A DNA stretch of 64,000 bases, from IMG/VR virus record IMGVR_UViG_3300010368_000009, positions 37,447 to 101,446 of that record; one strand, 5' to 3'. The notes below the pieces were generated by a model. The model searched no databases. It saw only the letters and a program-made list of their open reading frames with translations, and was not told the DNA's origin. Source of the DNA: a virus. This document shows positions 44,746-54,497 of this stretch, piece by piece. Positions within the stretch are counted from its first letter, which is position 1, and each line of letters begins with the position of its first letter. The translations under genes were made by a program, and so were the position numbers.

Positions 44746-45450
44746 ATGGTTAGATTTAATTGGAGTGGTAGTGAAGAAGTAATACATGAAGCTGTATCGG
44801 CGTCATATTCTGTTACTGAAACACTAAGGCGATTGGGTTTGGATAATAAGGGTGGTAATTATAAAACGTGTAAGAAATATATAGAATTATTTAATATTGA
44901 TAAATCGCATTTCAAGACACAGGGGGAACTCATAAGTGGTAAACGCAATGTTAATCATACTACATTAGATGAATATCTATGTAGTACTAACCCTGTGAAT
45001 CAAGTCATCAGAAAGAAAATGGTAGCAGAAGGTATCAAACCGGACGTATGTGAAATATGCGGGCAGGGAAACACATGGAATGATCGACCACTAGTTCTTC
45101 AAATAGATCATATGGATGGAGATAACCAAAATAATAATCTGACCAATCTTCGTATAATTTGCCCAAATTGCCACACACAGACGAAAACGTTTGGATTTAA
45201 GAGCCGAGTGGTAAAACGACATTGTATTATTTGTACCAGTCCTATTATGACAGGTAATAATAAAACATGTTCACGCGAGTGTCATGCAGAACTAGCTAGA
45301 CGTATAACAACCCATGATAATCCAATATGGTTAAAATATGATCTATCCGAGATGATCAAAACAATGACTAATACCCAAATAGCACAGGAAATAGGTTTCA
45401 CTGAAACATCGGTGAGAAAACGATTAAAAAAGCTCAATCTTACTAGATGA
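44746..45450 (+). CDS. HNH homing endonuclease next to tRNA genes
   Basis: CEICG...LVLQIDHMDGDNQNNNLTNLRIICPNCH plus a C-terminal HTH; start moved out of the tRNA to MVRFNW. Confidence 0.9.
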   Translation: MVRFNWSGSEEVIHEAVSASYSVTETLRRLGLDNKGGNYKTCKKYIELFNIDKSHFKTQGELISGKRNVNHTTLDEYLCSTNPVNQVIRKKMVAEGIKPDVCEICGQGNTWNDRPLVLQIDHMDGDNQNNNLTNLRIICPNCHTQTKTFGFKSRVVKRHCIICTSPIMTGNNKTCSRECHAELARRITTHDNPIWLKYDLSEMIKTMTNTQIAQEIGFTETSVRKRLKKLNLTR

Positions 45451-45452
45451 AG

Positions 45453-46166
45453 TTATTCTTCATCAGGGAATATTTCACCGTAATGATTATTGATCAATTT
45501 ATCTAAATGGTTGGAAACAGTTTTCATATATTCTGCATCACGTTCCGGTTTGTTATCTAAATGCTTAGACATACGAACACCATCGCCTTTACAGAACGCC
45601 ATCCACCAACCGAACGTTTTACCAAGTTGTAAGTTAAGTTCATTGTTACCAAATTCACCAAGTAACATTTCTTTGGTTTTATCAATAATAAACCATTTGC
45701 CCATATTGATGACACGATAAAATATGAAAGTTGGACTTTCATATTCATAATAACACGAGATGCCATCAACTTCGTGAATAGGTGTCGATTTCGAGTCTGG
45801 ATCAAATACAGCTTCCATCATCATATCAAAGCTCCCTGCCCAATTATCAAATGCCCCTGCAAATTCATCATCATCCAAATCTGCAAATTTGTCAATATCC
45901 GAATCGATTTCCTGACTATCGCTTTGATCAAAATCGGTAATTCCGGGTCCATCCAGTTTCATCAACGTGTATGAATTATCGGGTCCGATCACCATAACGT
46001 AAAAATTACCCGAATGGACAATTTCACTGGTGATGTCCGTACCGGATGAAGATGCTGGATCGAGTTCTTCATCCGGTACTGGGATTTCAGCCGGTGGTGC
46101 TTCTAATGCTGGTGGTCCGTATTCGTCTTTATATGCGTTGATAACGTCTTTGATAGAAATAGCCAT
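45453..46166 (-). CDS. acidic hypothetical protein
   Basis: GAGG RBS and ATAAATA upstream. Confidence 0.7.
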   Translation of the reverse strand: MAISIKDVINAYKDEYGPPALEAPPAEIPVPDEELDPASSSGTDITSEIVHSGNFYVMVIGPDNSYTLMKLDGPGITDFDQSDSQEIDSDIDKFADLDDDEFAGAFDNWAGSFDMMMEAVFDPDSKSTPIHEVDGISCYYEYESPTFIFYRVINMGKWFIIDKTKEMLLGEFGNNELNLQLGKTFGWWMAFCKGDGVRMSKHLDNKPERDAEYMKTVSNHLDKLINNHYGEIFPDEE

Positions 46167-46182
46167 ATCTTACCTCAATATG

Positions 46183-46887
46183 TTATTTATCATCAAGGAT
46201 CATTCCGAGTTCCATAAATTCTTTTCTGATATTCATGAACATCATTCCTTGTTCAATAGCATCATCCAATGCATCATGTGTATGCGGTAGGTCAGAGAAC
46301 CAACGCTTTGGCATATAACGCTTTGTCGTTTTCACCCAACGGGTTCCAAGACGAGCGTATACATATGATTTGATATCAATGGCACGACTGAATCCTAATG
46401 GATTTTCACCATGGTAGCGACAGAAATAATAATCTGGCCACTTCCAATCAAACGCGAGTGGATAACAAACCACCGTCATATCCCAATCCTTCGATGGGAA
46501 ATTGGTGTTCCGCCATTCAATAAAATCATCAACAAAATGTGGGGGTGAAATCATATCAACGCGTGTGCGATCATACATTTTCCGATGTTGTTCATCTCTG
46601 AACCAGAATTCGTTCATCGTTTTTTCGCTTTGGGTTGCACCGGGTAGCAATTCCAAATTACGATAAAAGGTTGATACAGGTTGCTCTTCGCCATCGACAA
46701 ATGCTGCATACCCAATAGACAACATACTATTCAAACCGGGAAATGGGCCATCGGCTTCAATATCCATTGATACGAAAACTTCTTTCTTGACCCGTTCGTT
46801 TTTATTTCTAGACATTACTTGTTCCTTCATTTTGGGTATCATATTACAATAATCACTACTTGACAAGTTATTATATTCCGTATACAT
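46183..46887 (-). CDS. DEDDh 3'-5' exonuclease (RNase AS/Rv2179c-like)
   Basis: VSMDIEADGPFPG..SMLSIG, AFDWKW, HTHDALDDAIEQ; true start probably downstream. Confidence 0.8.
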   Translation of the reverse strand: MYTEYNNLSSSDYCNMIPKMKEQVMSRNKNERVKKEVFVSMDIEADGPFPGLNSMLSIGYAAFVDGEEQPVSTFYRNLELLPGATQSEKTMNEFWFRDEQHRKMYDRTRVDMISPPHFVDDFIEWRNTNFPSKDWDMTVVCYPLAFDWKWPDYYFCRYHGENPLGFSRAIDIKSYVYARLGTRWVKTTKRYMPKRWFSDLPHTHDALDDAIEQGMMFMNIRKEFMELGMILDDK

Positions 46888-46909
46888 TGATCATACAGGG
46901 AGAGCGATT

Positions 46910-47437
46910 ATGTATACCAAACTTGAACAACCTTATATGATGCAACCGGATCGCGTCGTTCTGACTCCAATGGTTGGTGTCAAGGATGCCCATATTAGTT
47001 TGGTTCGTCGCGTCAATGTGAAGAATGGGTGGGGTGGTGAAGTTCTCGCCACTATCGAACCTTCTGAACATAGGGTGTTGTGTGAGTGTGTTGCTCTTCG
47101 TTTGATCGAAATCAATGATGATGGTCTGTTCAACCTTGCGCCACTCGGTGCAACCTTTCTCGCTGAACATGGTGAAGATAGCATCTTCTATTTTGCTGAC
47201 AGTGAAACTGGTGAAGTTGTCGAAGTCACTGATCTTGAAATGATCCTGCTTCAAACAGCAGCCTACACCGAAGACGGTTGCCATGGTGTTGGTGATACCG
47301 TGGAAATCGACATCATCAAAACTCTCGAATGTGTTGGTCTGGTCAAGACTCGCACCAATGATAAGGGTCAAATTGACTTCTATCTGACCAAGACTGGTAT
47401 CGATTTCTTGATTGATGAAGGTTATCTTCTCGGTTAA
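46910..47437 (+). CDS. hypothetical, possibly tandem winged-helix
   Basis: TTGACA-N17-TACATT upstream and GGAG RBS; two L..LGL(I/V)...LT..G..FL-like motifs. Confidence 0.65.
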   Translation: MYTKLEQPYMMQPDRVVLTPMVGVKDAHISLVRRVNVKNGWGGEVLATIEPSEHRVLCECVALRLIEINDDGLFNLAPLGATFLAEHGEDSIFYFADSETGEVVEVTDLEMILLQTAAYTEDGCHGVGDTVEIDIIKTLECVGLVKTRTNDKGQIDFYLTKTGIDFLIDEGYLLG

Positions 47438-47513
47438 TTGTCCTATTTCCCATGCTATTGGCTTAATCTTATAAATAGTTAAGCCAATAATCTTTAAATG
47501 GGAGACTAGTTCA

Positions 47514-48233
47514 ATGGCAATTGCACAATCTAATCTAACAGCAGTCCTAACAGCCGCACAAGGCTCTATGGTTGCTGCATCCGGTACAATCACTATCAGT
47601 GCTACAGACGTGTCTAACGATGACACAATCACTGTTAATGGCGTTACCTATACTTTCAAGACAACCGCCACCGCTTCCACACATGTTGGAATTGGTGTTG
47701 ATAACGATGCCACTGCTGCTGCTCTTCAAGCAAAACTTGCTGGTGTAACCACAGCTGCTGTCGCTAAGGCTGTATATACTGTGACCGATAACGTTGTCAC
47801 CGCGACTTATAAAGTTCCGGGTACAATCGGTAATGCGTTCACTCTTGCTAAATCTGCTGCTGAAATCACTCTATCCGGTGCAACCCTTGCATCTGGTGCT
47901 GATACTGGCGCGACCGATTATGCATCTGATGATACTGCTGAAGGTGAAACTGCTCCACTCCGTCAGGATAGTGATTTCGAAAAGAATGTTCTTGCGTTGA
48001 TCGCAACAGCAGAAGCTATCGTTACGCTTGGTGCTAACCCATCAACATCTGCCGACACTGCATTGCAGGCTCGCCGTCAGCGCCGTACCCTAAAGCATGT
48101 TCTTCAGGTTCTTGCGTCTGTCGTTCCTTCCGTATCTGATGCTACCGCTGATGATCGTGCAGGAATTGCTTCACGTATTCGTCTAGAAGCTCTTCGTCGT
48201 TACAACAATGTGAACCAGCCTACCGGTCTATAA
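47514..48233 (+). CDS. virion structural protein (Ala/Thr-rich)
   Basis: TATAAATA late box; ASGTIT...DTITVNGVTYTF...GNAFTLA..LSGATLASG pattern typical of sheath or decoration inserts. Confidence 0.65.
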   Translation: MAIAQSNLTAVLTAAQGSMVAASGTITISATDVSNDDTITVNGVTYTFKTTATASTHVGIGVDNDATAAALQAKLAGVTTAAVAKAVYTVTDNVVTATYKVPGTIGNAFTLAKSAAEITLSGATLASGADTGATDYASDDTAEGETAPLRQDSDFEKNVLALIATAEAIVTLGANPSTSADTALQARRQRRTLKHVLQVLASVVPSVSDATADDRAGIASRIRLEALRRYNNVNQPTGL

Positions 48234-48243
48234 GGTTGTGAAT

Positions 48244-48546
48244 ATGTCTTATGCTCGCCGCCAAGCAGTTACGCGACTTCTTAATGAGTGTGATTGTGAT
48301 AAGGAAACGGTTGATGAAGATCAACTAACGCTCGGTGATAAACCGGACGGGGCAAAAGATATACGTGCTGAAGTCTCTGGTTTAGTTTTCAATGGATGGA
48401 TCACTATTGCTGATAAAGCTGATATTGTTCTATTCATTGAAAATGACACTAGTGATTCTATGACGGACATATGTGAACCTGATAAAGCATCAATTCATAA
48501 GTGTATTTCTCACATGTGTCGGGAACTATCTTCCAAATCAAACTGA
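48244..48546 (+). CDS. hypothetical protein
   Basis: AAGG RBS before MSYARRQ. Confidence 0.6.
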   Translation: MSYARRQAVTRLLNECDCDKETVDEDQLTLGDKPDGAKDIRAEVSGLVFNGWITIADKADIVLFIENDTSDSMTDICEPDKASIHKCISHMCRELSSKSN

Positions 48547-48559
48547 TTGTGCAGAATCA

Positions 48560-48590
48560 AACGGCCCTCGGTTAATAACCGAGGGCCGTT
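48560..48590. terminator. bidirectional terminator hairpin
   Basis: AACGGCCCTCGGTT-AAT-AACCGAGGGCCGTT between convergent genes. Confidence 0.7.
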
Positions 48591-48612
48591 CTCTGTCATT
48601 CAGTCGATTTGA

Positions 48613-49389
48613 TTAAGCGACTTTCTTGGTATTCCAGCGCTTGTGTTGTGCAGCGGAACGCGATGCTGACAGTGCTGGTGGAACCGATGGATAATCATCT
48701 GGTAGGTTCCACTTTTCCTTATATTCCGCAAAGGTCATCGAGTGGCGGGACTTCAGCCAGCGCGTCAACGTTTTGACGGATTGACCATCTTCCAGACAAA
48801 TCAGATGATCGGGCTGGATGGTTGCTTCAACCGAAGTAATGCCTTCAGGTGGGGTTTGACCATTCCAGAGTGAGCTTGGACTGTCGCTTTCCGATGGCGC
48901 GGCATCACCCGTGTCTTCAGAAGGCGTGGTCACTGCGGTGCTACCGGCTTTGCGACCAAGGCCATAGGTCTTGGCGAGCTTCGACCGGCTCTTCGAATAC
49001 TTGCTGCATACCATAGGGTAATCGCTTGGAAGATTGAACTTCGCGATATATTCAGCAGGAGTAAGCCCATTGGTGGACAGATGACGTTTCAACATCTTGT
49101 ACTTATTGCCATCGACCAGAGAGATAATACCATCCTTGAAGACAGTAGCCTCAACGATTGCTGCCGGGGTGCTCATGTCTTGTGTGGCGAAGACAGAATG
49201 CACGACCGCATCAACCACGGTCAGGCGTGGTGATTCGAACAGAATATTCGTGGCCGATGTGATGCGAGAAAGCACATCGTCAAGGCTCTCGATTGGAACT
49301 TCATTGCGACCAAGATAGGTGGCGACGATATTACCCACGATGCCAGCACGGACAGCAGTGGATACAGAGGTTTCGGGAGTAGTGTTCAT
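48613..49389 (-). CDS. mucR: MucR/Ros-family regulator with two tandem DNA-binding domains
   Basis: IVATYLGRNEVP N-domain; ISLVDGNKYKMLKRHL...EYIAKFNLPSDYPMV; ICLEDGQSVKTLTRWL...EYKEKWNLPDDYPSV. Confidence 0.9.
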   Translation of the reverse strand: MNTTPETSVSTAVRAGIVGNIVATYLGRNEVPIESLDDVLSRITSATNILFESPRLTVVDAVVHSVFATQDMSTPAAIVEATVFKDGIISLVDGNKYKMLKRHLSTNGLTPAEYIAKFNLPSDYPMVCSKYSKSRSKLAKTYGLGRKAGSTAVTTPSEDTGDAAPSESDSPSSLWNGQTPPEGITSVEATIQPDHLICLEDGQSVKTLTRWLKSRHSMTFAEYKEKWNLPDDYPSVPPALSASRSAAQHKRWNTKKVA

Positions 49390-49564
49390 GTCGGTGTTTC
49401 CTTGTAGCCGATCTATGTTCAAACACGCGTTCAAACACGCATGCGTCTTTCGATGGATTGAAATATACGGAACACTTCTCTTACTGTCAACACTAATCGT
49501 TGTTTTTTATTCCATCAACATTTCAGTTAATGGTTAACGTTATAAAAAACAACGACTTAGCGTG

Positions 49565-52500
49565 CTACAATTTTATGTTCAAACGGCTATCTGTGAGCGA
49601 ATCCACGATTTCAATCTCATTAGTTGATGCAGATGGAAGGAATAATTCATCTGGTTCAGCGCGGATTTGGAACAGTTTACCGAAAGATTCACCTGATACC
49701 GATACTGGTACTACCGATTGTATGACTGTGGCTAACTTCGTGTGGATGTAAGAGCACAATTCGGTGTAGTAGAATTTTTCACCGAAATCCCAAAGCGAAA
49801 TATCAAAGTATTCGTCAATCGCCTGTAGTACACGGATTTTCAAATCGTTGTCTGGTATCGAGGAACCGGGTGTTCGGATCACGAGAAATTTGGCACGAAG
49901 TTCGGATGATGCGGTTGAACCGAACAACATCTTATATCTAGCTGGATGCCACACAATTGCGTCTGATAGCATTTTGAAATTTTCGAATGCTTGGTATTGT
50001 GTGCGAATTTGATTTGATGTTGGTGGAGTTGGTTCAACCCCGCCTTCAGCAATCCATGTTCTCATGCTTGTATCAAATGCCTTGGTTAGAACAAACGTAT
50101 CAATGATGTTTGTCGCAGCCGGGTCAATGCGATGATCTTCTGACGTATAATGATGCCAACGGAATTGAATACCGGATCGACCAATCGCTTTCTTATAAAG
50201 AGTTTGATCAGCAGCAGCTGCCCATGTTGTGTCACCGGCAATCAACCATGAATCGTTCGGTTGATCATAATGAATATCACCTACTGTGGAATCGCTGGTA
50301 ACCGTATCGCCCGCATGGAAGATGTAATTACTTGAATGGAATGTTCCACGAGGAATTGATGTTTTTGAAATTGGTTCCCATACATCGAAACCGTTTTCGA
50401 CGATCTTTCTCCATAGAACCAAATCTGATTTATCATCAGCTATAACGAAATTACCAAAACCGAATGGATCATCAATCGCACCATTCAGGTCTTCATCAAC
50501 ATTCGTCAATCTGATTCCACGTACATTAGAATAACCATCCGAATGACGTAAACGATCATGAGCCAAATAGGTCTTAGGGGTGGTGATGTATCTTGCCGGT
50601 ACACTATAAGCTGACCGGGTAATGTAATCATACCCTACGTTCAATGAACCAGTGACCGTGAAATTGGTGATGATGACTTTTTCACCACCAGATAAAGGTG
50701 ATGATAGAATGACATCATCAATACCATCATCATAAGCGAACGAATGTTGATACGCACCATTGACCCAAACCATTGTTCTCAGGGTGGATGCATTGTGTGC
50801 ATCGGTTGGTGGTTCGAAGTTGGTTTGTCCTACTGTGCCCGTGTATTCCACTTCATGGATTTTGAACAGGTCATCAAAGACGAGTGCTCGAATATGGATT
50901 TTTGCATCCACAGCCGGTGCTGTGTCGAAATCAATCTCATACGAATTTTCAACGGACGTATCCAAGGTGTAATTAGTAACTCGATCACCATTAACAAAAA
51001 CCATAACATATGAAGTTGACATACGTAAAGGATATTCTATAGTTGAACCATCACCAACATAGTTGAAAGATGTGAATGCTGGTGCTCCACCGTGTAGGTA
51101 ATTGATGCTTAACGCTTGTCCATCACCCGGTGTAGTTTGGTATTTGATTCTCGAATCAGAAACTTCATCATAGATGCTGTACTCTTCATATGGCTGAAGT
51201 AGTTTGGTTGCTTTGAATGCAAACGTGTTATCGGTACGAATATTGTTTCTAGATAAAGCATACACCGGTGTATTACCATCAGCAGTGTAATCTTTACGGA
51301 GTGGGGTTGCATATGTTTTACGTGGATCGAACACGACTGTTATGTTCTGACCATTAGTGGGTGCTGTATCAAATGTGAGAACGGGTTTGCCTGTTCCAGT
51401 CACAATAGACCAATCAGATCGCGCCGTTGGAACATTATCAACTAAGAAGAAAATAACGGTTTCATCAACCCGATCAACATTAAGATCGAATGCTGTAGTG
51501 GTTCCATCACCCGTGATCAATATTTTGCCAGCGAGTGGATCAGTTCCAACAGAAGATTTGACGCCACGACGCGGAAGACTGTTTCTGTCCTCATTGGTTT
51601 CTAATAGGATAACAGAGTCCCGAAGCTTCTTACCAGTCTTGTCATCAACAATCGCGCGATCATTAACGTGAATGAATTCAACCTCTTTCTCTGATTCAAA
51701 GTTAATCGAAACTCCACGATCAGTAAGGGTCCATTCGTCTTCACCATTGCTGCCAACACGATATTCTAATTTGATCAACCAACTGGTATCACGAGATGTG
51801 CCTGTCTTATCGCCTTGATATGTGAAGGCAAAATCACCAGAAACATCGATGTCTTCATTATTGATAACATCCCATGTGACATTAATGGCGTTCCATCGAA
51901 TACCAAAGGTGCGTCTTAGGAGTAATCGTTCGGATATTTTTGATTTCTCATCTTCAGTAAAGACGCGTTTCAATGGTGGAAGGATATGTGTGATGCGTGA
52001 GGAAACGAAACCAACTTTTCTTTTCAATAGAATAGAATTATTAGTTGTTCCGTCTGTTCCAGATACGACATAATCAACACGGGAATCTGATCCATCTTCA
52101 AAGAATAGAATAGAATTTGGAACTATTTTATCAAGATCACCACTAGTAGTGGGTGTATCAATCTTACCCAAGCTTCGATTATTGGCTTCAGATGTTACAG
52201 TGAAGGTGGTATTTGGGATGGCAAACTTTGGATACCCATCATAATACAGGATTTGTTTATCTTCTTTTTTGATAAGCGGTGAAATACTTTCGGCGATAAA
52301 CGTACCGATGCTCTTGATAGAACTATCATAGACGGCTCTAATACTGGATGATGTGACTTCTTTAAAGATACGACCATCTGTACCAAAGGCGTTGATATTA
52401 TTATATGTACCGGATGGATCACGTAAAGGCACACTCTTCCCGTGGCCCGAGAAGGTTCTATTAACTGACTTCACTTTAATGATAGATGCATCGCTATATG

Positions 52501-53815
52501 GGTAGCTGTTGTAATCTTCACCGGTGACCATGCGGTTTTGAGTGTAGAACACCTTGTTCGCTCTGGTTCTGATATCCTCGTTGGTTTCGGCCTTGGCGGC
52601 ATTGGATACATTAGAGACGAGCGATAGCGTCAGTGTGAGATTATAGACTTCACCGTTTGATACATATGGGATGGTGATGTTTTTGTTTTGGATGTCCGTT
52701 GTTCTGATAACCGGCGCAGCTGAAGATGATGTTCTATACCAAATTCTGAATATGCCGGTTGGGATGGTTCCGAATTTACCATCACCGAATTTAATGCTGA
52801 CCTGATCATTGTTTCTGGTGATCACTTCAAACACGGTCGAATTCGCGATTGATGGATGGTAGGCGAGACTTTCATTCAATACGGATTGAACCTGTGTCCA
52901 TTTCTCAATCACGTCACCGGTTTCATTGATACGAGTAACAAATATATCGGTATCATTGACGTTGTTCACGTTGATATCAACGGAACGCATTGGCACTGAA
53001 TCCGTGAAGGTCGCATCCGTGAAATTTATCGTCCCTTGTTTGAACGGCAAGAAGAAACCATTACCGATTGAACCGGTTCCCTTCCCATCAGCACGATACA
53101 GGATATGGAATGAATTCAATCTGTCCGGTGACATCTCATCATAAACCCCGGTGGATTCGTTTAAGAGAATGTTGTTGATTTCAAACGGGAGTGCTCCGGC
53201 TGATGTCGGGGTTGAAAAATTATAAACCCCGGTTGATGGTGATGGGGAATTCAATCGATACAGGTTGATATCATCTGTAGTTGTCTTGTATCTGCGAAGC
53301 GGTGTTCCCCATTTGGTTCTGGATGATAACGCAGTATTCATGACGATGAGCCATTTATCGAACCAGTCTTGGTCCGATGTATCATTCCATTTGATGGTTC
53401 CTGAAATTGGATTGTCATCCAAATCTAATAACCGCTGGGTGGTTCGTATGGATGTGACCTTCAGTTCACCACTGGCCGCTTGTATTCTATTAACTTTGTA
53501 TGCAATGTTATATGCAAGACGTAAAAGACTATCTCGTCTTTCAGCAGTTGTTAGAAAGTTTTCACGAGTATTAAGGTCAATACGATATGACAATGATTGT
53601 GCGAAGTAAGTTAAGATGTCGAGCTTGATAATAAACTCTGAAGAACCAGTCCAGTCGTTGAATTCATCCGGGTATGTCACCTTGATATATTCTAGGATGG
53701 CGTCACGAAGTGCGTGTTGATCATATGCCGTGAAGTCAATATTACTAAGGGCTTCGTAAATACGACGCCAATCTTCGGCAACAAATAATGTGTTTTGGCG
53801 GGAAATACTCGTCAC
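49565..53815 (-). CDS. baseplate wedge protein (gp6-like)
   Basis: RIDLNTRENFLTTAERRDSLLRLA, IKFGDGKFG.IP, ETNEDIR...TQNRMVTGEDY; inserted GDG.TT.F repeats. Confidence 0.85.
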   Translation of the reverse strand: MTSISRQNTLFVAEDWRRIYEALSNIDFTAYDQHALRDAILEYIKVTYPDEFNDWTGSSEFIIKLDILTYFAQSLSYRIDLNTRENFLTTAERRDSLLRLAYNIAYKVNRIQAASGELKVTSIRTTQRLLDLDDNPISGTIKWNDTSDQDWFDKWLIVMNTALSSRTKWGTPLRRYKTTTDDINLYRLNSPSPSTGVYNFSTPTSAGALPFEINNILLNESTGVYDEMSPDRLNSFHILYRADGKGTGSIGNGFFLPFKQGTINFTDATFTDSVPMRSVDINVNNVNDTDIFVTRINETGDVIEKWTQVQSVLNESLAYHPSIANSTVFEVITRNNDQVSIKFGDGKFGTIPTGIFRIWYRTSSSAAPVIRTTDIQNKNITIPYVSNGEVYNLTLTLSLVSNVSNAAKAETNEDIRTRANKVFYTQNRMVTGEDYNSYPYSDASIIKVKSVNRTFSGHGKSVPLRDPSGTYNNINAFGTDGRIFKEVTSSSIRAVYDSSIKSIGTFIAESISPLIKKEDKQILYYDGYPKFAIPNTTFTVTSEANNRSLGKIDTPTTSGDLDKIVPNSILFFEDGSDSRVDYVVSGTDGTTNNSILLKRKVGFVSSRITHILPPLKRVFTEDEKSKISERLLLRRTFGIRWNAINVTWDVINNEDIDVSGDFAFTYQGDKTGTSRDTSWLIKLEYRVGSNGEDEWTLTDRGVSINFESEKEVEFIHVNDRAIVDDKTGKKLRDSVILLETNEDRNSLPRRGVKSSVGTDPLAGKILITGDGTTTAFDLNVDRVDETVIFFLVDNVPTARSDWSIVTGTGKPVLTFDTAPTNGQNITVVFDPRKTYATPLRKDYTADGNTPVYALSRNNIRTDNTFAFKATKLLQPYEEYSIYDEVSDSRIKYQTTPGDGQALSINYLHGGAPAFTSFNYVGDGSTIEYPLRMSTSYVMVFVNGDRVTNYTLDTSVENSYEIDFDTAPAVDAKIHIRALVFDDLFKIHEVEYTGTVGQTNFEPPTDAHNASTLRTMVWVNGAYQHSFAYDDGIDDVILSSPLSGGEKVIITNFTVTGSLNVGYDYITRSAYSVPARYITTPKTYLAHDRLRHSDGYSNVRGIRLTNVDEDLNGAIDDPFGFGNFVIADDKSDLVLWRKIVENGFDVWEPISKTSIPRGTFHSSNYIFHAGDTVTSDSTVGDIHYDQPNDSWLIAGDTTWAAAADQTLYKKAIGRSGIQFRWHHYTSEDHRIDPAATNIIDTFVLTKAFDTSMRTWIAEGGVEPTPPTSNQIRTQYQAFENFKMLSDAIVWHPARYKMLFGSTASSELRAKFLVIRTPGSSIPDNDLKIRVLQAIDEYFDISLWDFGEKFYYTELCSYIHTKLATVIQSVVPVSVSGESFGKLFQIRAEPDELFLPSASTNEIEIVDSLTDSRLNIKL

Positions 53816-53816
53816 C

Positions 53817-54089
53817 TTAATTCTCCATTACAATTTCTATATTGTGTTCTTTATTTAATTTGAGAAATTCGATTAGGTGAACCGAGTCCTGCAAAAATAT
53901 TTTCACTGATTCCGCAATGAGTGGTTTACAATCCTCATCGACGGGACCATATTGTATTTGTTCGTTGAATCTCTTAACGAATATGAACGGTTGGCCGTCG
54001 CGATTTACTAGTGCGGATGTGCCCGGAACCATTTCCTTAACCCATGATGTATCATGCGACGGGGATATAATGCGTCGTGATTTGATCAT
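53817..54089 (-). CDS. hypothetical protein
   Basis: Coupled between the gp25-like and gp6-like genes. Confidence 0.55.
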   Translation of the reverse strand: MIKSRRIISPSHDTSWVKEMVPGTSALVNRDGQPFIFVKRFNEQIQYGPVDEDCKPLIAESVKIFLQDSVHLIEFLKLNKEHNIEIVMEN

Positions 54090-54451
54090 CAGCTAATACT
54101 CTGTTCATTTATAAAGAAGTCAAACAAGTCTTCGACGCCGAGTTCAACATAGTAAAGCCGTGCTTTGATGGTTATACTATGGTTGTCACTGGTCATTTCG
54201 AACGATTTTAACTCAACACGGGGATCGTAGTTAATTACAGCACGAACGTCATTTTCTATCGTTTGTTTTGTGTAATTGTTCAACGGTTGTCCTATAATCT
54301 CTTTGAGACGAGTCCCAAACCGTGGAACCCCACGAACCTCGCCTTTTTGAATAGATAGATGATTACGAAGGTCTTGTTTAACCAATTCAATATCCGTCAA
54401 TCGCGTATCGATTGAACCAGATGCGGTTGAAAATCCTTTATACAGTGCCAT
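54089..54451 (-). CDS. baseplate wedge protein gp25-like
   Basis: LTDIELVKQDLRNHL.IQKGE...PRFGT...INYDPRVEL; start moved to MALYKGFST. Confidence 0.88.
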   Translation of the reverse strand: MALYKGFSTASGSIDTRLTDIELVKQDLRNHLSIQKGEVRGVPRFGTRLKEIIGQPLNNYTKQTIENDVRAVINYDPRVELKSFEMTSDNHSITIKARLYYVELGVEDLFDFFINEQSIS

Positions 54452-54497
54452 ACATAAACGCCCTTTATGATATTTATGACCAAAACGAGGTATACTA

